DNA of 64,000 nt from Phoronis australis (Eukaryota; Animalia; Phoronida), in NCBI GenBank assembly GCA_002633005.1, contig NMRA01000044.1, positions 1,162,283-1,226,282 of the forward strand, in the 5' to 3' direction. The position numbers and the translations under genes were made by a program. The notes beneath the pieces were generated by a model. That model saw only the letters and a list, made by a program, of their open reading frames with translations. It was not told where the DNA came from and ran no database searches. Positions 50,543 through 64,000 of the stretch are shown piece after piece; within the stretch, counting starts at the first letter, position 1, and the number at the start of each line of letters is the position of its first letter.

Positions 50543-52190
50543 AGGAGAATGCCACCCAAAAAACAACCTATTTTGTATCAATTAAGATCGAGTAGTTGTA
50601 CTCGATAACGCCACGTTCGGTTGCGTTACCTGACACCTGACGGCAGACGGAGGTGTTGAAATTATCCAATGACGTAATTGGTTTCACACGCAGTCTGTTC
50701 AGCAGTTCACAACACGGGTTACTGGTGTCAGCTTATCGTTTGAATTCATCGTTTAACACCAGTAAATCATCAAACTTCGATGTAAAACCCTTAAAAATAC
50801 ACCGAGTTCTTATAAAAACGTGTTGTTTTATTTCGCTGTTACGGATTCATTGGTATTTGGACACACCTTAGCCTACAAAGTTCGGTAAGGTCAGTAGCAG
50901 GAGTTTGGGGTCTGTTCGGAGATAAATTCGAGCTATTCTTCCGTGAAATACAGACAGGAGAGCATAGATGTGTGTTGTTTAGACTTGTGACTTTTTGAGT
51001 TCTATACACACAAAAGGCTTGTTATCCCGGCCAGTGTCTCGGAACCCGATCAGGCCCGTAGCGGCCGCCGGGATTAGCTGACACAAACATAAATATGCTT
51101 GAGTTGGAAAGTATACCTCCAGTCACGAAAAGACTATAGTAGTGAGCTAAAGAAATAATTTGCACGTAATTATTTATGTAAATTAGCCACGAAACTGAAA
51201 ATCTACTTACTTGTCGGGGGCTGCGAAGTCGGATTCACATTCCACAGACCGTGACAGGGCAAAGATTGTACAGTAACAATGATTTGAATAATGTATTTTG
51301 TATTTCTTAATAAAGATTCCCCTAACATGTGACCATAGCATATAAAATCGAGTAATTGTTTCACAACAGCTTTCTGCCGTCAGCAAACACTGAATTAGCA
51401 TGCGCGCACACGGCTTCGGGTGCCCGGTCAATTACCTTTATTGCCGACATCATAAGTCGGTAACGCCGTGGTTTATTCATTGCTGGTTTCTCAATATTTG
51501 CACTCACGAATACTGCAAAGGCATTAAAAATTGTAAATAAAGAGACAGACTTTGTTTCAGTTTTATATAAGCATTGGTTAGGATGAGAATAACTCATTTT
51601 GAAACAGAACGCAGAATAATAAACGTCTACACGGCAACTCGCCCGGCGCCAATCCCGACTTATAGTAGTCAAGAGCTCATCCGACGAAGACTTCACGGGT
51701 CGGATCGTTATAGGTTTCACAGGCTATCAGTTCGAACCGGGATACACTGATCAAGAATCACTAGAGAGGCGCCGTGAGCATGCACAGACAACCGAACGTA
51801 TGGATAGTTCTTTGGTAAGCCGGAATTCGTCAGAGAAATCACTGTCGACGAAATGCCGGCCACAGACACGGAGATGTTTCACGGCCTCATACTTGCTATT
51901 AACAGCGTACCTTTCATTCCTCACTACCGCGAGCCACTTCCTAAGCATTTCGGGCTCTCGAGGAAATCGAAAAAACGATTTACCCGCTTTCTTCGCAGCT
52001 TCATAGTTCGGACAAGCGAGAACGATGCACAGGAATATAGAGGCATTCACTCTGCAGACGAACCACTGACGTCGCTGCGTCGTTTCTCAACTTCCTCACA
52101 GCAAGGGGAGGTCGACCGTATAAGAGGCGATGTGGATATAGACCGATCAAGACGGAAAAAAAGATTAATTAAATCGGGTGGCATTCTCCT
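50543..52190 (-). mobile_element. Kolobok-type DNA transposon (non-autonomous, 1648 bp) carrying a THAP ORF
   Basis: Perfect 15-bp TIRs AGGAGAATGCCACCC / GGGTGGCATTCTCCT, TTAA on both sides (50539-50542, 52191-52194), purine-purine termini and an internal THAP ORF. No transposase ORF seen. Confidence 0.85.
51751..52050 (-). pseudogene. THAP (C2CH) zinc-finger ORF within the Kolobok element, truncated at the AVP box
   Basis: CIVLAC...SFFRFP...RKWL...LRVCGRHF..SDF; a stop falls where AVPT/S is expected (RRLSSDS*SVYP). Confidence 0.82.
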
Positions 52191-52926
52191 TTAACCCCGT
52201 TCGATAAAGGACTGAGCATGCGTATTTAACAAGTAGCCACAAATGTCGAGCAGACAACAGTGAAAAATGGCGATTTGTAATTAATTCATAACAACACAAT
52301 GGATTTTGTTGTGTTATATATCAGTGTAAAGCTAATAATCCCAAAAATGCGTTTTCGAACGTAAAACCGATTATTTCCCGTTTAGTCATTCTGTATATCA
52401 CTAAACAACGCACCTCTAACAAAAAGGTTACAGAATCGAAGATGTATAGGTTGATGTTTCGACACCTAACGTTAGGCAGGAAACCAGTTAATTTTTACCG
52501 CACCTACCAAAAATTAAACACCGAGTGGATGCGATGGCAGTGGAGATTTTCTATTTGCTTGCACTCATCTCTTGTGATGATGGTATTCTATGAACAAAAC
52601 TTATTAAAATTAACGACATGTCGATTTTATGCTGAAAACTGGTGGTGCATGTGCTAATAAACCACAGATGTCAAGTGTCCAATTTCAAGTTAAGTATGTG
52701 GGTTTCACATATTAAAATTCTGATCAAAAAGGTCAATTTCTGTACTCCCATTCAATGATTGACGATCGGCTGCACAGACATCCGCGAACTGTAAGAAAAT
52801 GATTTGTGTCTGTGGATTACATCGCACAGGTTCTGAGCAGACACAACAACGACGGGAGAGAGCGCACTCTCTGCTTCATGATGATATTGGTAAACTGTGC
52901 AGCACAGGCTATGATTGTTACTACTG

Positions 52927-53185
52927 AATGCATACGGAACACCTCGTTGCCGCACAGATACCCTCGGAGGTGCTTCATATCTGCGCATGTGCGAATTTCA
53001 GTCATTCGAACAGTCATTCTCCAGATTGGAAATCATATTAATTGCAATATGACTGAAGTCCACGCATGCGCAGATATGAAATATCTGCATCAGATTTCTT
53101 GACTCCGCACATGCGCGGATATAAAACACTTCCGAGGGTAATTGTGAGGTTGCGAAAATCCGCTAGGTGTTCCGCAAGCATTGAA
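52927..53185. mobile_element. Foldback MITE with an internal duplicated arm
   Basis: accctcggaggtgcttcatatctgcgcatgtgcg is mirrored by cgcacatgcgcggatataaaacacttccgagggt; an extra partial arm lies at 53050-53085. Confidence 0.68.
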
Positions 53186-56100
53186 TATCTTCGCGGCTAT
53201 CCCGGTCGTAAACACTGTCAATAAAAATTAATATCCAATGATCAGCTTTGAGTAACGTATTTTAAACGGTCTTGTGTTATTTTGCACTGATCTACGGTGT
53301 ATATTTTCGGAATCCAGCATATATTTATTCGTCAGCTCAACGTGTGATGCTCAAGTGTATAGCACGTTTTGCTGTGGACTCTAACTCGACTGTACTTTGT
53401 ACCGTAGGAAAATAATGCACCAGTTAAACGGTTCTAATATACAAATAAATCTCACATTTGCCAGAGTTGCGCGCTAAACAAAAGCTCATTCATAGTTATT
53501 GTCAACAAACTGAGATTCTGACAGCGATCGTTGATTGTCTGACATGTCAGTGACGTGGCTGGTGGGGACTTGACTGCTTATCACATATATAGCTGTGTTA
53601 TATTGTGTTTACATCGTATTTTATCATTGTATCAGCCGCTCTTATATTTAATGTTTGCCTCAATGCTGAAAAAGGTTTGCCATGGCTTTTTTATGGCTCC
53701 TGGTTGTTCGAAAAGGTGTCTTCTAAAGGGATGGTCATCGCATACATCGCTGGGTTGCCCAAGCCTTGGCCCAAAGTAGCCAGCCTGCTAGCTGTATGAG
53801 TGAAGATTGTCGTCAAAAAACAGCTGGGTAACACTGTGTGTTTTGTTCAATAGACCCCGAAATTGCACACAGCCAGTGTAGTATATTTAGTATACAGCTT
53901 TGTACCAAGGCCTAGGCCCAAAGCTGATACTAGGCCTACAGGTTTGCGCCGACATGGGTAAAAAATGGACAAATAAATTCAGACTCAAAATTAGTTTCAT
54001 TAAAACTACTCTCATCCTTGAGTAAACCTAGGAGCCAGGTCCCTAGAGTAAACTAACTTATTTACCGGTGTTGGAAAAGTTCATGACAGCGTTTTCCCGT
54101 TCAGTGACTGAACCAGACGTAGGGGGTGGTGAGCGTGTGATAACATCTAGCTTCTTTGTTAACTGCCAAGTACCGTCCTTTGTCTGTTATGACAACAGGC
54201 AAGCCAATTATCTACCACGCTTTTTACAGACCACGTGCGAACATTGTCAAACCTAGAGTGAATTGGTGTATTCGGAAAGAATAGATTGTCGTAACTCCGT
54301 TTGCAGTTGGGCGATTTTGGCGATTCCAAAACTAAACATGATCACCATTTGACGAAGATTTCAGAAATGCTATTGGTTTATGTTCAAATATGTTATAACT
54401 TTTATTTTTAACAGCACAGCCCAGTCAGAGTAGATACGATCTTATTGGAGATTAGATCAATTATCGAACAAAGAGAGCTGGCCCTCCAACCATTAATGTC
54501 AGAATGGAGTTAATCAGTCGTGTAAGATATTGGCTACAGGGGTAAACTCCCCAACTTGTTGTTGAGCTATAGAATGGAACAAGTTGGGAGCAACGGGAAA
54601 ACGCCGTAATGTAGCGATCGTTAATCAGCTGCTGCTAAAATTGTGATGCGTTCTCTTGAGTCGGCTTTTGGCGATTACGTCACCTGTACCAGTTTCTTTT
54701 CCCCCGATTCTTTTATCAAGTGTTCTTCGCTACCGGCATCTAGGCCACGCACATGTCACAACAAATTATCGGAACGTGTTTCATTTTATTACAAGTTTTT
54801 AGTATTTTTATACCGGCAAATCGAATTTTAGAACAAACCTTGCTGCCATCATTTCCCGAAAGACGTCGCAAATTTTTAGGAAATGGCGCGTGTGCCGTGC
54901 CACAAGCGTGCTGTTTTTGAAACGGACGACACACTTTTCAGTGTTACAAAAGGAGGCTAATTATGCTAGAAAATTACGTTTATTGGATTGTTTTGCACGA
55001 ACAAGGTGATCGAGTGTCGCTTGACTACCAGATTTTGCTGGCCCCCGCCGGTCCGTTAGCTTTACATCTTGATGCCTAAGTTTTATGACGAGGTGACGAG
55101 CATATAAGTCAACTATACCCGGGTAGTCAACGGGTTGTGTGAAATTCTGGGGTCTAACGGATCTCAACGAAGAGTGGTACGATAGTCTTCATACAGCTGT
55201 AGTCGGTAACTAACTAACCTTTCAAGTTTACAGAGCAGAGTATTGGCTGGCAGCTGGCCCACAGCACAGCCACACCAGTGTAAATTGTTGATACGGACTG
55301 GTTGCAACGGCAAAGTTTCGTCTGACGATGACGACGACTTGGTATCACTTTGTGTTGCCTCGGCTCAAACAGGTACCCCTGGTGACCCGACATTTCACAC
55401 TAAAATTTCTTATTCCGACAATATGAAGAAAGCCACTAGACTGCACGCTAACACAGGACAATGACTTTTGCCCCCACAAAATACGTCACGAGAAGCAGCG
55501 CTCCAAGCGGGTAATTTTTTTAGCTTCGTTAGAGAATATAAGTTTACTTTTTGATGTTGAATTATTTGTGAAATTAATCAAAAACTCAAAGAAAACTATC
55601 CAAAATTCAACGACTGTACACCGAACTCAGTCTTGGCTCAGAACTCAGGTTCCCCGAACAACACTGCTGTCGCACTCACAAATATACTTCCCAACTCCTT
55701 CTCCGGCTCACAAATGCGGTTCTGTGACCGTCAAACACGATTCCGTACAAGCAAAGAACAACTCAAGACCTTCAAACAGTCCATGCAATGGGTTTGTGGG
55801 TTCAGATACGATTTTTAGAAGAAAACAAGTAACAAGTGCTTAAGCATATTTACAACATTATATACTGCATGCGTTCCGCGCTCAGAACATCATCAGCCGG
55901 AAACCACACAAATAAAAGGTGAGCATTGCAGAACGATCAAACACTAAAGTGACAGTCACAGAATGAAAAGGGGACAGGAAACAGAAAAGCGGCGGGAGTC
56001 AGGGCCAGAGTTGTAATTTGATGGAAGTTTTACTGTTTACTCAAAGAGAGGATTGCTTTGGAAGTAAGCTCTCCTTAATGTGCAGGGTATGTGGTTCATT

Positions 56101-57099
56101 GTAGATAGATAATAATAAAATACGTGCGTTATCAAAATCAATACCATAGTGGGTGGTAGAGGCCGTGGGTTTTGTGTTCCTCAATACGATGGCGGAGTCG
56201 GCGGATAGTAACACCCATAAAAAATCCATTGCAATCAGAGCAATCAATTCTGTACACGACATCGCTACTATTTAAGTAAGGACATGTTTGAACAGTTTGG
56301 CAGAAAGTTTGTTAGTGCATAAGCCGTGTTTTGCGAATCCGCCATAATGCTTGGCTGTCAGTCCGAGTGTCCATGCAAGAGTTTGTTGAGACGTCAGTGA
56401 ACAGAGTTGATCAGGTCCGTCGGCCATGTTTTCAGGTGAAGAACTAGGTTTACGAGCGAGTGCGACAGTGTTGTTCGGGTAGCCTTGAATTTGACATTAA
56501 ACAGAAAACGAATATTCATTATTCATGAATTATCAGATGTGCTGTGAGATAATTATTTCTTTCGTGCAAGTTCAAACACCTGATTGGGATAAAACATGCT
56601 ATTTCTGCCCTCGGGACATATTCGATCCAGGAGGGATTCGGTGCAAAACAATTAGCACACATCATTTCTGTTCGGTGTGACTGGCTACTGAGTTAAACTT
56701 GCAAGCCTTGTTTAAAACTTTAGATTTTTAATCAACAAACACAAATGTTGTTATCTAAAACTTTAGCCAGCAACCAATAACGTGTTGACAGCTAGTCGGA
56801 TAAAATAGAATATGATTCTGAGAACAGAGAAACACTCAATAATTGTACACGTAAAGTAAAACGACAAGAGCATAGCGAAGCGTTGATATACACCCACCTT
56901 GTGCATCGCATACAGCGCATTTAAGAGATAATCATTATTTTAAACATTCCCATTAAACGTTCCAACGTGGAAACTTAAGAACAGACTCTAGGCGGTACAT
57001 AGCAAGTCAGAAATTCTCTCCTCAGTAGGAACACACCTGCCACCTGTGGTCATGAAGTTTAGTGGAAGAATGAGAGGAGAATGAAAAAGAACACAAAAA

Positions 57100-57971
57100 C
57101 AATACAAAGGCCTCTAGGGTGCGAAACGTAGGTTAAATCTCTTTGAAACAGACACTGTGCTGCGCTGTCTAAGTGACAGAAACTTTTTTGCCAAAGTTCA
57201 TGAGCATCAATCAAGGAACTTGATAGATCTCAAAGCGAACGTGAAGAAAAAAATGACACTAACCGACTGCACAGCAGACGGATTGTTAGTTGTACTCTCA
57301 TCAATAAAAATGCGTGTCAAAAATTTCGTCATGAAGATCCAGGCGCTCATTGTATTGAGCCACAATCAAAAAAGTTGCCCAAGAGAAGTCGCCACAGCAG
57401 TCGGAACATTTAAATCCATTGTCAGCCATGCGCTTCACAGTAGGAGCACATACGCCATTTTCCACAATAATACTCATAAGAGTAATTTGGCCGATAGGGA
57501 GGTAGACGCCAAAACAATAAAAATGGCCAATACGCAGCATACAATACATCGAGTCCACGCGAATATGGGAAGGTGTCATCGTCTCTTTCATAGAAACCTA
57601 TTCACAAATTTCATGAAAATCCGTCAGGGAACACTACGAAGATACCAAGGAAAACGTGATAAAGTAGAATTAGCACTAGGGGTACTAGTGATTGTCGAAT
57701 CTTTTCCACTAAGTCGTCGCCATCCGTTGTCACTTTCCAAAGTTAACTAATTTCTTGCAAGGGGTTTATGAGATACAGCCCCGGACTCAGAAAATACAAA
57801 ACTGCCACTAAGAGGCGCCACAAAAGTCGGAATCTTACGACATTCATCGTCCAGACGTCCTTTTTGAGTAGGAGCGCCAAAAAACAGACTGGAAAACAGT
57901 AAAATACGGTCGCTAGGTAGCGCAGAATACATCGACTCGATCCAAATACGCGAAGGCGGCGTTGTCTCCCT

Positions 57972-58025
<54 letters not shown>

Positions 58026-58420
58026 TGTATGTATGTATGTATGTATGTATGTATGTATGCATGCATGCATGCATGCATGTATGTATGTATGTATGTATGT
58101 ATGTATGTGTATGTGTATGTGTATGTGTATGTATATGTATATGTATACCTATTTGCCAAATTTCATGAAAATCTGAACATACAGAGGGAAGAAAAAGACT
58201 AAAACTGCCACTAGGGGCGCACAGGTAGTCGGATCTGCCCAAAGTTTCACTCGTGTTGTTCCATTCATAATACATGTAGGAACATGTCAGCGAAAATTCA
58301 TGTACATCCTTCTAGGCCCGGTTTTGCCGATACAGTAGCTGACGGACGGAAAGAGGGACGGACGGTCGAAAGATGATGGCGGCATGAGGCACTTACATAT
58401 ACATATGTGGGTGCGTAAAA
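57100..58420. mobile_element. Possible Helentron-associated (HINE/DINE-like) element with core repeats and GACG microsatellite
   Basis: Repeated cores (caaatttcatgaaaatc at 57604 and 58157; aaaactgccacta..ggcgc at 57798 and 58201), a gacggacgg tract at 58341-58365 and a terminal hairpin-like gcac...gtgc before AAAA. Confidence 0.45.
57972..58147. repeat. Compound microsatellite (TA)n(TATG)n(CATG)n(TATGTG)n
   Basis: Directly visible. Confidence 0.97.
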
Positions 58421-61400
58421 TGCATGGAATTGAAATATTAACTTTGAGCAATTTCAGTTGGATAAATATACACGATTGGGTCGTAGGGAAGTAGTTACTT
58501 GTCAACCCGCATAAATTACGCAGTACATTCCTTTTCAACGACGCAATTTCTGCTTACGGCGATCTGGTAATTGGTGAGAGTACACGTATCATGCCTCATG
58601 GTTCTGATAAATAATACATCTAACCAGTTATCCCGTGAAAGGCAGTCTGGAAATGTGTTTCTAAATGTCATCGTGGTAAAAAGATCACATATAGCGTTTA
58701 CACAGAATTTCACGCTGCGAGAGACTAGCACAGACAATCTTTGCGATACTATTTTTAAAATTCCTCGGGCACAACATGTCTCGAGTGTAAATGTGATCTC
58801 TCAAATCTGATAGAAGCAAAGCATCTTTACTGTATCTTTAAAAATATAACAGGTTGTATCGCATACGTAGAACTTTGACGTGGAAGAGGTCAACGATGCT
58901 GACCCTGTCAAACCTCTCTCTTCAACGTTACGTCAGAGCCCACCCTAAATTCTTGTTCAAACAAGTTGGAGACGGGTAAAACGGACCATTTTGGTCAGGA
59001 ACATGCCTCGAATACTGAACAGTCCACGAGGTTCTCACTCAAAATATAACAATCAGATTCTGGCATAAATGCACATTGGGTGTTCATAGTTACAACAGGA
59101 CACCTAAAATTACTTCCTTTGACTTAAGTCGAAAAATGGCAAATTTGCTAATTTTTGTAATAATAAAGCTCGATTTCCAGCAAATTTAACTTATTGAATT
59201 GAAAACGAGACGATAGTTCAAAAACAGCGTGACCTAAATAAAAAGACACTTGCTTCAGCAAACGTCTAGTTCTGATTCATGAGTCTGGCTATTTTTTTCG
59301 ACAATGAAACCAAAAGAAAAACACGTCCACGAAGGAAGAATTATTAACTTGTTCTTTTTCTGTTTTTATGGAAATAAAACCAATGTTATCGAATTATGTT
59401 GCTTATCATCCTTATTCAAAATGGAGTAATTGATGATATCGAACCTGGGGCACCGAGCGCAAATAACAGACATGTGATACTCAAACCCATGAGCGAAATT
59501 ACTAAACGGTGAAAGCTTCAAAAATTCGCTGATGTAAATGTATATCTCAGAGTAATTGCAAACAATAACAGTTTTAGCATTGTGTACTTGAAATGGTCTG
59601 ACCATTTATGATATTTATGTCTGTCATTAACTACTTTATGTATCGTTAAAAGTAGTATACAGTATAAAACGACAAATAGTGTGACGCTTGAAGCACTGGA
59701 AATCGTTTTGTTAATTTAGTCCAATTCGCGTATACGGATAGTACAATTTTTTGGTTCTCAGCCAAATTTTAGTGTTTTGACGTCTGAACGGCGAAATTTT
59801 CGAGCCTTCTCTGATACACATCTCTGTGGACGGGTGACGCTAACAGAGTGGTTTAACGCTATGAGCGATTGCGTACGCTCTTTGTACAAACCCAGAACCA
59901 CGAAATGTATGCATGCGCACTTGATTATTTCATACGTGCAGTTTTATGGATACGAAATCGGTTGAAATTGAAAGTGCCACAATTCAACCAGCTTGTGGGG
60001 AGTATAAAGTGTTAATACCCTAATTCTCGATAATAACACGATATACTCCCCCCTCCCCCCTCCCCCTCCTAGCTGCATCGGGATGCAGTAGTGGCAGCTG
60101 GTAGCAATAGTTTCTCTTCAGTTTTGAAAATGAAATTTAAGAGACATTTCTACAGACTATAATTCACTTACATGAACTTTCAGATCAGTGAACTCTGGTG
60201 ACATCAATGAATCGTTGTCTAAATGTTAATTTCTAAAAATGTAATTGCGACAACTGCAGTTTAACTCAACCATGCTGGTTCGTATTCTGTAAACAACAGA
60301 GTTATTCGGCTAGCAGTAACAGCCCTCATTCCTGACGATTGGATTGGTTAAAAAACAAATTGCGACCAAAGTGGTTGTTAATCTACACGGTCGTGCTATT
60401 GATGAATTGCTGTTTTGTAATCTGATCGCAGTTTTCCTTGAATGGTTTCATTTTTCAGCAAAAAATGTCCAGTGTCTTCTTACACAGAGCACTGTAGCCA
60501 CTGAGGTCAACATACCTAGTTTCACGAACACCTATAGACAATGTAAAGTGTATATTGATTTACAAGTTTGCTATCTAATCGTGATTCCTTGTTAACTAGA
60601 AAATAAACCACATTCACGTCCAAGAAAACAGCAGAATAGTCCGTCCCTGCCACCTCCCTGCCCTCCCTCCATCGTTATCCTCTCTGCTTGCCTGCCTCCC
60701 TCTCTCCCTCCCACGCATTCGCCACATGGGAAGCAATGGAGACTAAAGGAACAACATAGCTAAACCTTCAGTAATGTTATTTTGCAGCTACAATTTAGAC
60801 CCCTAACCGTCATTAATCTGCCTCAAAATTGTCTTAGTCTGGGCTAGGAAATAACAGACGGTTCGTTACTTCTTAACACCAGGTGGCGATTCATTTTTCT
60901 CTCCAAGCGTTATAGCTCGAGCAGTACCGAGCTGTCGGTTCTGTGTAAGGGAGAAATTGAGACGATATGCGGCAAGTGCTCTAAGTCAGGGATTAATTTC
61001 TCCGCGGATTTATAGCAGCTTTAAAGAAGTTCTCCGGGCATGCAGACGTTGACACAACTTATAAACAAAAGAATGGCATTCCGTATTACGGTACTCTCTT
61101 AAGCTAACTCATTCATTTATTGCTTAAAACTTTCTAGGCACATGTGAAAATTGAAGCATGTCAAAATTGATCAAAAACCTCCACGACTGTCAACAATTCT
61201 GGTTTCATTGACTTCGATAAAATTTCTTCGGATCTATATGCGTGTCACAAATGTAATCTTTGAAATCTCTGAACCAATGTGAAAGCTTAAATTGTAAATG
61301 AAAATTCAACGAAGACTGACTCATAAATGTTGGCCGTAATATGTTTTTTAAAAGTGGTACAACCGATTCTAAAGCGATGTGATTTTCACATATTGACCAA

Positions 61401-61932
61401 GCACATGCCTATGGGAAAGCCCACGGGAACATAATTATGTAACTCTCGAAATTATGTACTCCAAGTTAAGATCGATTGTGAATAGTATGCTTAACACAAA
61501 AGGAGCAGAGAACGCCGCTTGACAGTTCTCTGTTCATATCAACCGGACGTCATGTCCCTCACCTAAAATCTCTGTTGCGTTTGTTATCTTTACATTAACT
61601 AGAATCCTCTTATAAACCTTAAAATCTATGATGTACACGTTAGACGTTATCCGGAATTCATCACCATTCCAGAAAAAGTATGTTGATAAATGCATGGTAA
61701 CGACATCGAAACGAGCTCATCCAACGTTGATAAAGTTGAACATCAAACCAGGAAAACCTTACCCTTTTCCATCATCGACGTCGTCCCTTCAATTCAAATA
61801 ATCCAGAAAACACAGAACTTGCGCAGGATCCCGCATACAATCATGCGTTCACACATAGTCAACATTGAGTGAATGAATAACGAAATAGATCGAAACGTGC
61901 GTGATATAATAACGCGGCACTTCAACTGATTA

Positions 61933-62279
61933 CGGTGGCTGTAAAAGGTCACCAAGGAATTTCTTTTCAGTCCTAACTCTGTCGCAAGAGTTTTTATCCC
62001 TGTTTATGGAATTAATTTCCCTATCGATATAGTTAATGTCTCTGTTACTAACTCTCTTTTGGTGTAGTTAATAAGTCTATCGATAGAAATAGTAACTGTA
62101 GAGTTGTTATCTCTTTCGACAGACTAACTAACTCTATCGGTAGACCTACTGTAGCAACTCTATCGATGAAGTTATTAAATCTATTGGTAGAGTTAGTAAG
62201 TCTGATGATAGAGTAATCAGTCTATCGGGAGAATTAAGACAAGAGAAAAAAATCTCGTGCTAACCTTTTACAACCACCG
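61933..62279. mobile_element. Tc1/mariner-type MITE (TA TSD) with internal CTATCGATAG-like repeats
   Basis: TA|CGGTGGCTGTAAAAGG ... CCTTTTACAACCACCG|TA; the interior is built from degenerate ~20-bp units. Confidence 0.78.
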
Positions 62280-64000
62280 TAAACAATAACTAAGCGTGCT
62301 GGATAGCATTTAATCAACTGAAATACTGGTAGAGACGAGGTTTATTTCGGCCTCTTGAAATGACCTATATCATAGGAGCCCACGTGATGTGAGCAGACGA
62401 CTGCTTCGCGGAATTTGATATCATCACAATTTTTCTTGAAAGCTGTAGTTTATTCCATAATTCAGTTCTTTCTAATTCATTTCTTTTTTCGCCTTCTTTG
62501 AGATGTGACTCCTACAGAATGTAGCTTTCGAAAGAACGATTTGGTACTCGAATGCCATTGGCACATGTACAGTAGTTGATGGTAATTTATTGATTTATCC
62601 AGTAAACCGCCATTTGAAGTCAAACTTTTGAAACCGTTCCGTTCTTTTAATCAAATGACAAACACTTGCTAATAATTACAAGTTATGTTTTTAATATCAC
62701 CCGTGTTTCGTTTATAGTCTCACAACCATCTTCAGCACAGAAGAAGAGACAAAGCATTAACTAAACTGGCCATTCTAATCAGCCAACCAAGGGCCTAATT
62801 AAACATTTTCCACAAGTAAGCACTAACTTATAGAACCGATGACTTTGTACATTCATACACAGTTAATGGCATAGGTGCTTAGGAGCTACGTACATGCATA
62901 TATAGGATGTTCTAAAAGTAATGACATTCTAATTTGAAAGTGCAAGTATTTTCTATGGGTGCATAAACATTGATGAAATGACTTAAAACTACATTTGGGA
63001 AAAACTTGATGTTGTAAAACACGTTTCGTGAATTTTAGAATATGTGGGCTTTGTTCAGTTCTCGCGCTGACTGAAAACATGCAAGCAACTTTACATTTGT
63101 GTTTAATCTTTTGATTCATCTCGAAAATGCCCAGTCCCCAGCAGCCACACACTCGGTCGCTGGTTCCTCCTATGGCGTATGTGAGTTCTGCCTAAAGTTA
63201 CGATAGTTTTAACTTGTACTAGTTGCTTGATGGGTGGATTTGTTAGTCTAAAAAGCACGGCTGGTTTACACCAGTGACGTGGTACGGATTTGACATCGAT
63301 GAACAACGAATTTTCGTTGTTTTCTCCACAAAATTGCACTCCAACCAAGTTGAAGGGTATGATTGCTTGCACCCACGATGATATACAATGTATATTAGCT
63401 GATTTGCATAGTAATGGTTACAATACAACACGTGCATGGTAAACCAACATTAGGGCGCTTATTCAAATCGAGGATCATAAAATCGACCATCTTTGCAGTA
63501 ACAATTCAGATCGGAAAAGTACAAATTCAGTTTTGATATGTACACCTCCCAAAGTCCGCACCTTTGTATGTGTTTTCGAGAACAATTTAGAAATAGTGCA
63601 CGAGAGGAATACTAATCGTTACCAGCCACTTTCAAGCGAATCATTCTGTGCCCCCTCCAAACAGTTAAATCAGACTGCCGTTACTATTGGGGACATTCTG
63701 TACACGCAAAAACGCTCGTGCGCACTAGAAATCGTTTGGTTCTACCTAATTACCTCCAAACTATCTCTTTCCAATAAAAATCACATTACCTATGTTGTTC
63801 ACTGTATGCAGCTGAATGAGCGTACATGACATAATAATTTAACTTTCAGGAAAACGTTTATGAAAAAACGATCAAAATACGGTACCTACTAAGGCATGGG
63901 AGCGTAGCGTAGCGAAGGTCTTGTTACTAACACGGCACTGTGACTGAATAGACATTTGCTTAACCTTCAAGTATTTTGCAGAAGGCCTATCAAAAGTGTA

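Noticed and set aside
51361-51720. Kolobok transposase ORF
   Set aside because: No recognisable DDE or zinc-finger motif; at most degraded sequence downstream of the THAP ORF.
56041-56262. 2A-like / LINE ORF2 leader (RILLLSIYNEPH)
   Set aside because: Lacks the DxExNPGP motif and no endonuclease ORF follows.
57747-58275. HTYI/MYVC repeat ORFs
   Set aside because: Translation of the (TATG)n microsatellite.

Overview
AT-rich, repeat-dense metazoan genomic DNA, probably from a marine invertebrate (inferred from intron structure and transposon types). The main feature is the 5' part of a minus-strand, multi-exon gene for a divergent inositol 1,4,5-trisphosphate receptor (ITPR/RyR superfamily Ca2+-release channel). 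I reconstructed by eye 16 coding exons from the ATG at 35408 down to 4105. All have AG/GT boundaries and compatible phases (1956 nt, 652 codons) and cover the suppressor, MIR and start of the RIH domains. There is also a candidate 21-nt microexon (3660-3680) and a candidate upstream exon near 40.5 kb; the gene presumably continues beyond position 1. Its IP3-pocket residues look only partly conserved. The rest is intronic or intergenic. It contains a complete TTAA-flanked Kolobok-type element carrying a THAP ORF (50543-52190), a 2.36-kb TIR element with 10 copies of a 17-bp motif, hAT5-like MITEs with 5-bp TSDs, many foldback MITEs, LINE fragments, a tRNA-derived SINE head, degenerate hammerhead-like motifs, microsatellites and one assembly gap. 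I found no clear evidence of a wholly new biological system. The strongest leads are the non-canonical IP3R and the transposon architectures.
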